Both the position numbers and the translations under genes were made by a program. From the NCBI RefSeq assembly GCF_006345805.1, contig NC_043018.1:17422001-17486000 (forward strand): 64,000 bases of DNA, read 5' to 3'. Source of the stretch: Octopus sinensis. Its lineage: Eukaryota. The notes beneath the pieces were generated by a model, which did not search any database, had not been told where the DNA came from, and saw only the letters and a list, made by a program, of their open reading frames with translations. Below, one piece after another: positions 52,797-64,000 of the stretch; position 1 is the first letter of the stretch; each line of letters begins with the position of its first letter.

Positions 52797-54299
52797 TTGT
52801 TGTATATACATATGTATATATTTATAGATTTATGTACATATTTACACACACACGCACATGCACACACACACATGCATGTATGCATTATACATGCATATGT
52901 AAATGCATGCACTTATACACATATGCTTGCTTTCAGTTATTCTAAATTTGATTTGCAAAAAAATATATACAAAAAAAAAACAATTATTCATAACAATCGC
53001 CAAAATAAAGAATCTGGTTCCAGATTATTCCATAATAGATTATCACATAAACCGCAGAACAGGTATTATTATTATTTTCGTCTTCACACAACATTCATAC
53101 GAATTTCTGTTACTGTCTTTTCTTTCAGTATTTGCAACCATTATTGACTCAGATATTGTTCCATTATTCTCTATTTGTGTCAATATGGAATGGAATTCCT
53201 TTCTGCAATGTCCTTATGTTTTTTTGGGTTTTTTTCTACAAGTTTCCTTCCAGTATATACTTTTTGTTTATTGATGTAATTTTCTATAATTTTGGTTTGC
53301 CTTTACGGAAATCTAGATTCCTTAAATCTACATAATCTGCGCTTTCAAGCTTTTATGTTTGATTTTATATAAAAAGTTAAAAAACAAAACAATGTAATCG
53401 TTTGCGATTCCTTCTAACAACCAACCTGCACAAGTTAGCGTCTAGAACCGTTTTCATTACTCGACAATCACCTGTTTATTTTGCAGTTTCTTTGACGTTT
53501 TCATGTATCATGCCACGGTTGACGTCCTGCATTAGCGTTAAAAGTGTTTTATTTATGTAAAGTTACTGCAATATCCGTGTGAGTAGGTGGTTATCGAGAG
53601 AATTACGCTTATCAGTCTATACCCGTCTTCTATATTCATCGTTTTACAAATACCGCATGTTTATATCTCAAAGTCGATATATCAGTTTTCCACAAAAATA
53701 TTGGTAAACAGTAAGGGAATATTCATTTCACATTGGCAATCTGCCGGTTTAAATCTTTCAGTCGGTCAACACCAAGAGACTTCTATTGCATAAAGAAGAA
53801 ATAGTAAAGTGTAAAATAGCTCTCTTTTTATTCATTTTTTTTCCTTGTTTAAAGAATAGCAATATTTCTCCGATAATGGGGAGTAATTTCATTCCCAACT
53901 GAATTTTGAATCTTAAGCGGGTGACGCAATGCCGACACCTACGAGAATTTATGTATGAAAGTATCAGCAAAACACTTTCCTGTAAGTCAAAATTTAGATC
54001 TTGAGATGTGTTATGATCAATTCCAATTTTGTGAAATCGATCATGAGATTTATCTTCATAAATAAATCTAGACTTGTTTAAACTTTATTAGACCTCTTCA
54101 GCCAAATGTTGCCCAACCGGCTTTTTATTTTAGTTATAATGATAGTTGATTGATATTACCTGATCCACCCAATTACTCATGTTACTACTTACTATAAAAT
54201 ACTTATATGTGACATCTTTATATAATTGTTAGAAAACAAGCTGTAACCTATACTTTTAGGATCCTGTTCTCCCTAAAACATTGAAACGTATTTTATTAT

Positions 54300-54700
54300 C
54301 TAAGAAAGCGTCCGGTGTTGATTTTCATCTTAACAATTGTACAGTTTCTCTTTATAACTTTCTTTAATTTTCCGATAATTTTTTCTTGCCACTTTTGTGG
54401 TATTTTTCTAGTTTTTCACTGCTGTCCGATTTACGAGTTATTGTCCATTCCCGCCTGTATATTTTACCCCCCAATGTTCTAACAACATTTTTATTTGTTC
54501 ATATTGCTACTGCTGTGTCTGTTATTGAGATGTTATTTTAAGTAATCTCTCAAAATACATTTTTATTTGCCTCACGTACATCATTCTGCTTCAAGAACCA
54601 CTAACGTCTTCAAAGTGTCTTATCCACTCTATATTTGCTCGACCATTTATTCACTTGCCTGGCGCCTTTTATTTTTAAATGTCACATTTTCTTAATATCT
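54300..54700 (-). mobile_element. Possible very old LINE remnant (pre-RT region)
   Basis: QAGMDNNS*...*KTRKIPQKWQEKII resembles W..G.IP..WK.A.I..; many stops. Confidence 0.25.
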
Positions 54701-55694
54701 CATGCTATCTTTCTAATTTGTTGTCATGTCATATATTGGCGTCTATAATGTAGAATAGCGAATTAAATACGCCCCCATTTGTACACAAGCACCGACCCCC
54801 CCACACACACTTCTGCTCTATCTCTCCTTCCTTTTCAAGCACGAAATCCATTTTCTCGTCATTCTCCTTTACATCTGTGTTAGAAAAGTGTTGGTGTTGA
54901 TGATTGTTTTTTTCGGTTTATCGACTTTTCTTCAATATTTTCAGAAATATTTTCAGAAATATCTTCCCTGTGATGGAATATTGTGCAAAAGTCGCATCTG
55001 CTTACCTTCGGTATCTTAACTATTTACTCAAGATACATTTTTCTATACTTGGAGCTCTTTACCATTTATAGCAACTTTTAGATCAATATTGTTTTCTTTA
55101 TGAAAACTTTGTATAGATACACATATTTAATTTGTTATTCGCGACAATTTCATGTAAATACATAGCAAGAAAGGAAGTCAATTATAACACTTTTTGTCGC
55201 TTTTCTGTCTTAAAAATACCGATGTGCTGTCCACATTGAAGGATATTTTCATGATAACTTTTCTATTTACCATGCAGCTCTACTATCAATTAATTAAGAT
55301 ACTAGAGTGACATTAAACCAATTGAAGTCTTTTTACAGATTATTTTCAGGGTTTCCAGTTGAATAGGTTGGTTTATGGCCTTCGTGTGCGAATGTATATG
55401 AGGGGGAATGTTTATAAGGGGAATGATTCCACTGATAAATTGTGCCTCCCGTTGAGTGTCATGGGAGCGCTCGGGTTTTTTTTAAAAACACAGATGCTGC
55501 CAAAAGTAGCCGGTCTTTAGGTCATAAGTTCCGCATCAGTGATCTCGTGTCAAAGCGCCAGCGAATTTGTGAGGCATAAACGTGGATATTTTTTTAGTGA
55601 TTTTTGCTCGTAGTTTCGGTGTTGATGCTTCTTAAAAGATAATCGTATTGTTGTTGCTGGCTTTGTTTTTTTTTTTTATTTTTGTTGCTAACGT

Positions 55695-56030
55695 TACATG
55701 AATATCGTGCTGAATCAACTCAAAATCTCTCGTGGAAGCGCCATCCAACCAAAGTACAAATACATGGGAAACTACCACCTTGTGAAAGGTATGAGAGTCC
55801 AGTTTGCTGGACATTGTTGTAGAGCTGAAAAAGAGGTAATTTCTACTCTTCTCCTCTGGAAGCCATCTACTGGCAATACCAGAGGGCGCACACTCACCTA
55901 CCCTTATGTAATCTCCAGGGATACAGGCATCCAGCAACAGGACCTCCGTAATGCCATGATGGACCGTGAAGTCTGGCGTAGCACGGTAAATTCCATTGTC
56001 TCGACCACGGTCGAACAATGATGATGATGA
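55695..56030 (+). mobile_element. 3' end of an RTE-clade LINE with (TGA)n tail, 5'-truncated
   Basis: NLSWKRHPTK then (frameshift) VQFAGHCCRAEKEVISTLLLWKP..RGRTLTYPYVISRDTG...DLRNAMMDREVWR; ends TGATGATGATGA. Confidence 0.85.
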
Positions 56031-57179
56031 GCTTTCCACAATATTTTTTCTTTTAATATTTGTTTTCAAAATGTTTTTCTTTACTGACGCAGTTTCTTTT
56101 GTTTTGTTGGATGCCATTTTCTAACAAATACTGATGTGGCTATGGTGATGTTGGAAATCAACATTCAGCTGTTTGTGTCGATGGATCTATTTGCATTATA
56201 ACTCTCAATTTAAGCTTTTCTTATTTTTCCTGTGCATGTATTGTTGTGCAATTTTATAGCACTCACTCATGTGATGTATGCTTGAACGTGCTCGTTTTAT
56301 TATTTACCAGTGTCGAGGGAAAACATTCGATAATCTTGTAAGCTTATTAATATTGCGATGTCATTAATTTTTTTTCATGATTTCAGTGAAGAAACGCCCA
56401 GAGTTTTTCAAGTTTTTAGCATAATATTTTATTGGTAATCATTAATATTTTATTATTTGACTTTTTATGATTGATTACGTTCCGTAATGTATGAGATTTT
56501 GGTTGTCACATAACCTCATATGTCGTCTTCACCTATTCAATATTTTAACCCGTTTAGTATCTAATATAGCCGCAGGATGCGTGTATCTAACACTTCGTTG
56601 TGTTGTACACTGAAGCAGCCAATTTTCCCTTTTATAAATTTCCATTATTTTAACGGCTTCTTGTACAATAATACTCTTCTACTGTGAATTAAAATTGAGG
56701 AACGACAACTCATTTGACGTCCAGATTATATAATGTATACACGATAATTTTCATAAATAATAGGATGAGAGTCATATTCACTATTTATGTGGGGGCTCTT
56801 TTAGATTTTTCTTTTTTCCTCCTTTTTGTAAGTTACAGTTAACCTTGGTTATATGCCCTTGACACATGCACAGACACAGACACATGCCTATATTTTATAT
56901 ACCTTCGTACTTTCTTTGAATAGTGTCCTGTATTTGTATATATTGATTTTTCCTCTATTGTTGTATATCGGGATGGTCATCATATTGTACTTTGTTATCT
57001 TTTCCCAAATAAGCACATGAAGTAGATATATTCGTTCTTCATTCGTTTCTTATTGTCCTAACTCATCTCCATTGCTTGGAAATCTTTCGTCACACACAAC
57101 TGTGACATCAACAAAACTTTCCGTGTGTACTCTTGTTCCGCTTAAAAAAATATGTGTGTGTATGTACAGAGAAAGGTAG

Positions 57180-57211
<32 letters not shown>

Positions 57212-57260
57212 TAATAATAATAATAATAATAATGATAATAATAATAATAATAATGATAAT

Positions 57261-57695
57261 AAAGACCTACTCATTGAAATTAAAGACCTACTCATTGAAA
57301 TAATAAAGACCTACTCATTGAAATTGAGATAAAGACCTACTCATTGAAATTGAGAAAATGTGGCATCTCAAGGCGGTTACAATACCAGTGATCGTAGGAG
57401 CACTAGGAATGATCAAGAAGGGAACCAAAAATTATATGAGAATGATCCCTGGCTTACCATCCCTGCAAGAAGTGCAAAAGATTGTCTTAACTGGTACATC
57501 CACGTATTGAGAAGAGCATTGTCGATGTGAGAACTGTTGCTGCTCATGTATTTTAATTTAACTTAAAAAAAAAAAATGAACGAACTTGAGTTTGGTTTAA
57601 TGGCCTAACCAATGTATACTATGAGTTTCTTTGCCTAGGAGTCGGGAAGACACTCCGCAAGAAATGGAAGCAAATTTGAAAGAAGAAAAAAAATA
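57261..57695 (+). mobile_element. 5'-truncated R4/Dong-clade LINE 3' end inserted in (TAA)n
   Basis: KDLLIEIEKMWHLKAVTIPVIVGALGMIKKG...LQEVQKIVLTGT(S)HVLRRALSM* (C-terminus of a restriction-like endonuclease); (TAA)n at 57180-57260 and 57693-57716. Confidence 0.85.
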
Positions 57696-58434
57696 GTAAT
57701 GATAATAATAATAATACATGGTCAGATAGGTAAAGGTACATTGAGGATTGTCCAACAGAATGATACAAAGTTGTCAGTATTGACGGAAATATGCATTGCA
57801 GGAAGTTATGTATATTTAAAAGTTATTTCAATCTAAACAAATGACTTGACAGGCAGATATACATTCAGTGTGAGACAGAGAGACAGACAAACAAACATAC
57901 ATAAATTGAAATATAAATCTAGGTGGAATATTGTAATTCAATAAAAGATATTTGAATAATTAAAATGAACCTCCTTGACACGAGAGATAATTTCTCTTTA
58001 CTGCCACTTCATAAACATGACTGAAACAAATAAAAGAATTTTTAAGAAACCAAAAGAATATTATCGTATATCTCTATTAACATAATTGATATGGATGTGT
58101 CAACGTAGTTAAAATTATTTAAAAGCTCCGAAGTGTGTATGAGTGTGTGTGCGTGCGTGAGTGTGTGTGGTGTGTGTGTGTGTGCATATATGTGTGTAAG
58201 TGCGTGTGTGTGTCTGTGTGTGTATGTGCGTGTTTTTGCGATTGCACGTGTGTGTATATATGTGTGTTGGCGTTTCCACGTGTGGGAATTTATTCGGAAG
58301 ACGTTACGAATAATTTTTTAAATTTACTCACATTTCCCATCTATTTTCGTGTACATAAATGTATGAGTATTATCTGTTGGTGTACGCACCCAATCACACA
58401 CACACACACAAACTCATGCAAACATACACAAACG

Positions 58435-58467
<33 letters not shown>

Positions 58468-58539
58468 GTATATTTAATCTGTGTGGGTATATATATATAT
58501 ATATATATATATTTGAGTAATTGAATGAATTATCTTATT

Positions 58540-58750
58540 AAGGATAATTCGAAAGATAACCGATACCTGGGTAGCAAATTTACATCAGAAAGAACACGGT
58601 TGAAGCTATGTCCCTAGGGCATAGACTACGTGTCTTCGTGCGGAAATTTGTAGTTTTATTTAAAATTATAAGTATATGAAAGAATGGAGTTGAACGACTA
58701 GTTATTTGTTAACTAGTCGTTCAACTCCATTCTTTCATATACTTATAATT
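58540..58750. mobile_element. Diverged PLE pseudo-LTR fragment ending in a perfect 41-bp fold-back
   Basis: AACCGATACCTGGGTAGCAAA..CACGGTTGA and GAATGGAGTTGAACG are homologous to 25015-25152; arms 58664-58704 and 58710-58750, loop TTTGT. Confidence 0.7.
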
Positions 58751-58767
58751 ATATATTATATAATATA

Positions 58768-58809
<42 letters not shown>

Positions 58810-58880
58810 TATATATATATAAGATAAGAAAATAGAGAGGTAATTAACAAAGTATTATTATTAACAAAAAAATGACAAAC

Positions 58881-58968
58881 ATTCCTTACAGCTGTTTCAA
58901 TTTCAGACCTTCAGAAAATTAATTAATAAAATGAAAAATTACCTGGAAGTCGAATCTCTTCTGAGAAT
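58881..58968 (-). ncRNA. Degenerate hammerhead-like motif with long stem II
   Basis: ATTCT-CAGAAGA-GATTC GACTTCCAG...CTGAAGGTC TGA AATT-GAAA-CAGCTG-TA-AGGAAT; U4A core change; palindromic stem III. Confidence 0.45.
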
Positions 58969-59281
58969 CTCTTAAGATATACAGAATAGAAGTTCAATTC
59001 CTCCATGTTGAGCAAACGGCTGCAAACCGTTCAATATTAACATTTATACACAAAGAACATAGCATAAACCATGGAATAGACCTTAGACAGGGGAGTGAAG
59101 TTGTGTATACTGGAGTTGTAAGTTAAGAATATAACAATATATTCATCTAGTGTGTTATGTGTAAGAAAAACACAAGTAGATATAATAGGTAAAAATGTCA
59201 TATTGTGATATTATGTCCATCCGTATTAAACCAATAGAAAATTAGAATGTAGGCTTTAATTCAAGTGTGTATAGTTATTAG

Positions 59282-59601
59282 AATGGTTGTATACTGTCAA
59301 TCTAACGTGAACGTGACAGTAGGGGGTTACACCACCGCTGCTGTTTAGCCCTAGGAAGCATCGACGCTTCCTGATGGCTTCAACACATTTTCATTGTGTC
59401 CTTATATACATTTACGAAGGGGAGACAAACACCCCCAGCAGCCAGGCCTGCAGATGTTTGTCTCCCCTTCGTAAATGTATATAAGGACACAGGAAAAATT
59501 TGTCGAAGCCATCGGGAAGCGTCGATGCTTCCTAGGTCTAAACAGTGGTGGTGTAACCCCCTACTGTCACGTTCACGTTAGATTGACAGTATACAACCAT
59601 T
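59282..59601. mobile_element. 320-bp near-perfect palindrome (fold-back MITE)
   Basis: Arms of about 150 bp, AATGGTTGTATACTGTCAATCTAACGTGAACG... vs ...CGTTCACGTTAGATTGACAGTATACAACCATT, short GC-rich loop. Confidence 0.88.
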
Positions 59602-59847
59602 ATATCGCCCCCACCACTGTACATATCTCTATGAGAGATTTAGAAATTTAATATTTCTGTATAGTTATTATTTATATTTAATTAAGGGTAGGACGTTCCA
59701 GACAATCTATTACTAGGTATAAATATCGAAATGGTTAAAAGACTAATAAGAATATTTACTTAATGTTAGGGAACATAAAATGTATAAGATAAAAACAAGA
59801 ATAAAGTAAAATATATAAAACAAAATAGAGTAAACTGCAAAAATAGA

Positions 59848-60071
59848 TACTCTTTACTCTTTTACTCTTTTACTTGTTTCAGTCATTTGACTGCGGCCAT
59901 GCTGGAGCACCGCTTTTAGTTGAGCAACTCGACCCCGGCACTTATTCTTTTTGTAAGCCCAGTACTTATTCTATCGGTCTCTTTTGCCGAACCGCTAAGT
60001 AACGGGGACATAAACACACCAGCATCGGTTGTCAAGCAATGCTAGGGGGACAAACACAGACACACAAACAA

Positions 60072-60106
<35 letters not shown>

Positions 60107-60787
60107 ACAGGCTTGTTTCAGTTTCCGTCTACCAAATCCACTCACAAGGCATTGGTCGCCCCGGGGCTATAGCAGAAGACACTAGCCCAAGATGCCACGC
60201 AGTGGGACTGAACCGGGAACCATGTGGTTGGTAAACAAGCTACTTACCACACAGCCACTCCTGCGCCTATAGAGAAGAATAAATAAATGAAAAAAGAAGA
60301 CTTCCAAAATATTATCTTTTAACCCTTAAATAAATTATTATTGATCTAGACTAATAAAGGTGAAGAACTATTGGGCAAACATTTAAAAATTTCAGAGGCG
60401 CAGGAGTGGCTGTATGGTAAGTAGCTTGCTAACCAACCACATGCTTCCGGGTTCAGTCCCACTGCGTGGCATCTTGGGCAAGTGTCTTCTGCTATAGCCT
60501 CGGGCCGACCAATGCCTTGTGAGTGGATTTGGTAGACGGAAACTGAAAGAAGCTTGTCGTATATATGTATATATATATATGTATGCGTGTGTATTTGTGT
60601 TTGTCCCCCTAGCATTGCTTGACAACCAATGCTGGTGTGTTTACGTCCCCGTCACTTAGCGGTTCGGCAAAAAGAGACCGATAGAATAAGTACTGAGCTT
60701 AGAAAGAATAGTCGATTTGCTCGACTAAAGGCGGTGCTCCAGCATGGCCGCAGTCAAATGACTGAAACAAGTAAAAGAGTAAAGAGT
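59848..60787. mobile_element. Head-to-head inverted pair of full-length family-X SINEs (59848-60267 minus; 60397-60787 plus)
   Basis: Both have the complete head and TAAAAGAG tail; 129-bp spacer. Confidence 0.92.
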
Positions 60788-62400
60788 TTTAAATATGATA
60801 CCGGATGTAAAAATATGTTAAGAGGCTCAGGTAAGGAGATATAGTATTTAACATAAATAAATAAGAATTGAAGGGAATTCTCTTCTTTTCGGCACTTTCT
60901 CTCTTTTTGTCTCTCTTTCTCTTTCCCTAACTCTATCTCCTACTCTCCTACACACACAAACACACTCCCATTCACGTTCATACAAATGTGTGTGAGTGTG
61001 TTTATGATATTACATATTTAGTAACATGCTGTACGTATAGAAACGTATTCGTTTGTGAAAGCGGATGTGCACTTGGGCATAGCTTTCTGTATAAGTGTAG
61101 TTTACAGTGTCACGTGTAGAGATTGGCTTCAAATTTAATAAACAAATGAAATTAGAATACGAGTTTATTTATGTTTCTTTTTTCTATTTCATTGCTATGT
61201 CCAATATTTCCTACAACGAATTGTAATTACAGTTATATCAACCCCATGAAAGCCCGTAATAAATATCCCATCCAACAGTTTATTCGCTTAAAATCATTAA
61301 ATATTGAAACGCGGTGCCACTTGCAGAAGAATTATTAAACAGTGTGTATTTAAATATTTATCTCAATGTTATTTAAGATAAGATTCAGATTGTACCTAAT
61401 AAAATATGTTAAATTGAATTAAGTTTACAATAGACAATCTTCATTCACTAAAGTTCGGCGATAAAATTATTACCTGTAATAAATACGGAAAGAAGCATCT
61501 GTCAACCCATATATAACATTCCACTAAACATATACAGTGATTGCGAGTACTCAGTTAAATCAACTCCAACATTCTTCTATTGAATTAGCATCATAAATTA
61601 AGAAAACACAGAATTAGCAACATCTGGAAACACAAAGAGAACATCCTAACGTGTTTCAGTGAAAATATACCAAAGACCGAATAAACCTGATTGCAAATAG
61701 TTGCCATTTTATTTCTACCGTATCAGCCTCCGTCACCTCCCTATCTCTGTAAAAGTTGCAACAACATACATTAATTTATATTAGTAAATTTATTAAGGCT
61801 GGAAGCTGGTAGAATCTTTAACATTCCAGGGGAAATACTTAACGGCATTTCGTCCGTTTTTAGGTCCTGGATTCAACTTCCGGGTAGGTCGAAATGTACC
61901 GTTCATTACATTGGGGTCAATAAAACAATTACCAGTTGAGCACTGGAGTTGATGTAATGAAATTACCCCGTTCTCTGAACCTGCTCATCTTGTGACAAAA
62001 TTTGAAACAATATTAGATAATTTGATTACGTTGTAAGGGGATAGTAATCAAATAACCACCTAAATATTGGTATGGAAACAGAAAGCCTTTTATCAACGAT
62101 TCCCAAAAGAATTTTTTAAGAAGTATAAAAATTTTCATCATACAACTGTATGACTAATACGTTCTCTTTGCAACCACCTTGTACGGCTTGATTTTAATAC
62201 TATGAAAATGCTCGGCGACCAGAGCTTCAAATATTGCTCTCGCTTACGAATGTCATATGAATGCGTCTAGTTGATGGAAGCCCATCGTGTGAATATATAT
62301 ATATAATATATATATATCTATATTGTGTGTGTGTGTGTAGTATATGTATATATATGTATATATATATATATATATATATCTATATATATATATATATAAT

Positions 62401-62600
62401 AAGTTAATCGAAACAAGGCACAAAAACAACACAAAAAAACACAACAACGCGAAGACGTGGAACAAATATAGTATTATTGGACGCTCAGGAAAGAAGGAAG
62501 AAGGAGGGTTTAACGATTCGAGCGGAGCTCTTCGTCGGAAACATAGGGGAAGGAAAGATCCAGAGAAGGGAAGACAGAGGCAAAAAATCGGCAACGGTAC
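62401..62600 (-). mobile_element. Family-M repeat with a minimal hammerhead motif, flanked by (TA)n
   Basis: TGTTT-CCGACGA-AGAG-CTCCG-CTC-GAAT-CGTT-AAAC at 62508-62543. Confidence 0.75.
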
Positions 62601-62609
62601 ACACGAGGT

Positions 62610-62741
<132 letters not shown>

Positions 62742-62773
62742 TGGATGCCTGACGTTCAATTAAATAATTATAA

Positions 62774-62817
<44 letters not shown>

Positions 62818-63083
62818 ACCCCACAGAGATATCTCATTTAGGACGACGAGGGTTCCAGTTGATGAGATAATGCGAGCCAGGATTCTGGAGAATATTTATG
62901 GGAACCATTCACACCCTACAGCAAATGAAGGGGGACCTAGAGGCAGCATTGCTCAGAAAACCGCCCACTTCTGCGTCTGCTATTTCATGGGCTCTCGATG
63001 GGATGCTGATAACTATGAAGCTGCAACTTTTCTTACGCATATTCAAAACGCACGCTTCCTGTAAACGAAATGAAAGGACATAT

Positions 63084-63163
<80 letters not shown>

Positions 63164-63224
63164 CTACATTATATTATTATATATATATATTAATATATAT
63201 ATATATATATATCTATATATATTT

Positions 63225-63365
63225 GTTGAAATGGAAAGATGAATTTTCTTGTTACAGATTATTCAAAAGTTTAACCGATACCTGGGTAGGAAAAATCACA
63301 CCAGAAAACATATATTATAGATAATACCATATGGTGTTGCAACCGTGCATATGCGGATAATTGAA
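63225..63365. mobile_element. Truncated PLE pseudo-LTR fragment within (TA)n
   Basis: TGAAATGGAAAGATGAAT..TTCAAAAGTTTAACCGATACCT..GTTGCAACCGTGC..GCGGATAATTGAA is homologous to 24962-25110. Confidence 0.8.
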
Positions 63366-63378
63366 GTCATTCACTAAT

Positions 63379-63415
<37 letters not shown>

Positions 63416-63527
63416 ATATATATAACACATATATATATATATATATAAACACATATATATATATATACACCCCACATATATATATATATCTATATATATA
63501 TATATATATATATAGTCTACACCATAT

Positions 63528-63561
<34 letters not shown>

Positions 63562-63874
63562 CATACATCCATACATACATACTTACATACATACATGCAT
63601 ACATACATACATACACACACATACATATACATACACACACACGCACACATATGTATTGGAATACGCCATACAGTAGTAAGTCATGGGTATAGGTAAGAGG
63701 TCAAAAGTGGCAGTGGTGTCAATGAGATTGACTTCAGTGTATGATGAATAAGTGCTGACGTGAACGCAATCCAATTACTAAAAGCAGTAAAGTAGAAAAT
63801 GGTGGAAGAATAGCGATGCAGTTTGATTTAACATCAGAAACATGGAAGCAAAGAAAGATCACAATATTAACCGC

Positions 63875-64000
63875 CATGATGACGATGATGATGTTAATAT
63901 GATAACGGTAATGATGATGATGATGATGATGAGGATGATGATGATGCGAGGATGATGATGATGATGATGATGATAATGATTATGATGATGGTGATGATGA
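63875..64000. repeat. (GAT)n microsatellite
   Basis: Direct reading. Confidence 0.95.

Noticed and set aside
57261-57350. Four 20-nt repeats considered as a CRISPR-like array
   Set aside because: Spacers are only 1-6 nt, the repeat is LINE coding sequence, and the context is eukaryotic
62870-63095. GC-richer island with two overlapping ~65-aa ORFs between (TA)n arrays
   Set aside because: No recognisable domain or convincing splice sites; left unassigned

Overview
AT-rich, microsatellite-dense, non-genic (intergenic or large-intron) animal DNA. The SINE families, 5S sequence and composition point to an octopus genome (inference). I can support no intact host protein-coding gene; nearly all ORF-track entries are translated (TA)n, (CA)n, (GAA)n or (TCTA)n repeats. 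The window is a mosaic of mobile elements: a young near-full-length Penelope-like retroelement (PLE; RT plus GIY-YIG, 24959-29847) with a direct pseudo-LTR and an inverted 5' fold-back, R4/Dong and RTE LINE fragments, a deleted mariner, two non-autonomous Helitrons, several fold-back/MITE elements, about 25 tRNA-derived SINE copies built from shuffled modules, and a 5S rRNA copy fused to a SINE. The most striking signal is about ten minimal type I hammerhead-ribozyme motifs from at least five unrelated sequence families, mostly embedded in (TA)n. The best is a near-textbook hammerhead (35219-35290, minus) inside a 429-nt, terminally redundant, hairpin-rich non-coding unit that looks like a retrozyme, i.e. 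a copy of a circular RNA. Coordinates were read by eye and may be a few nt off.
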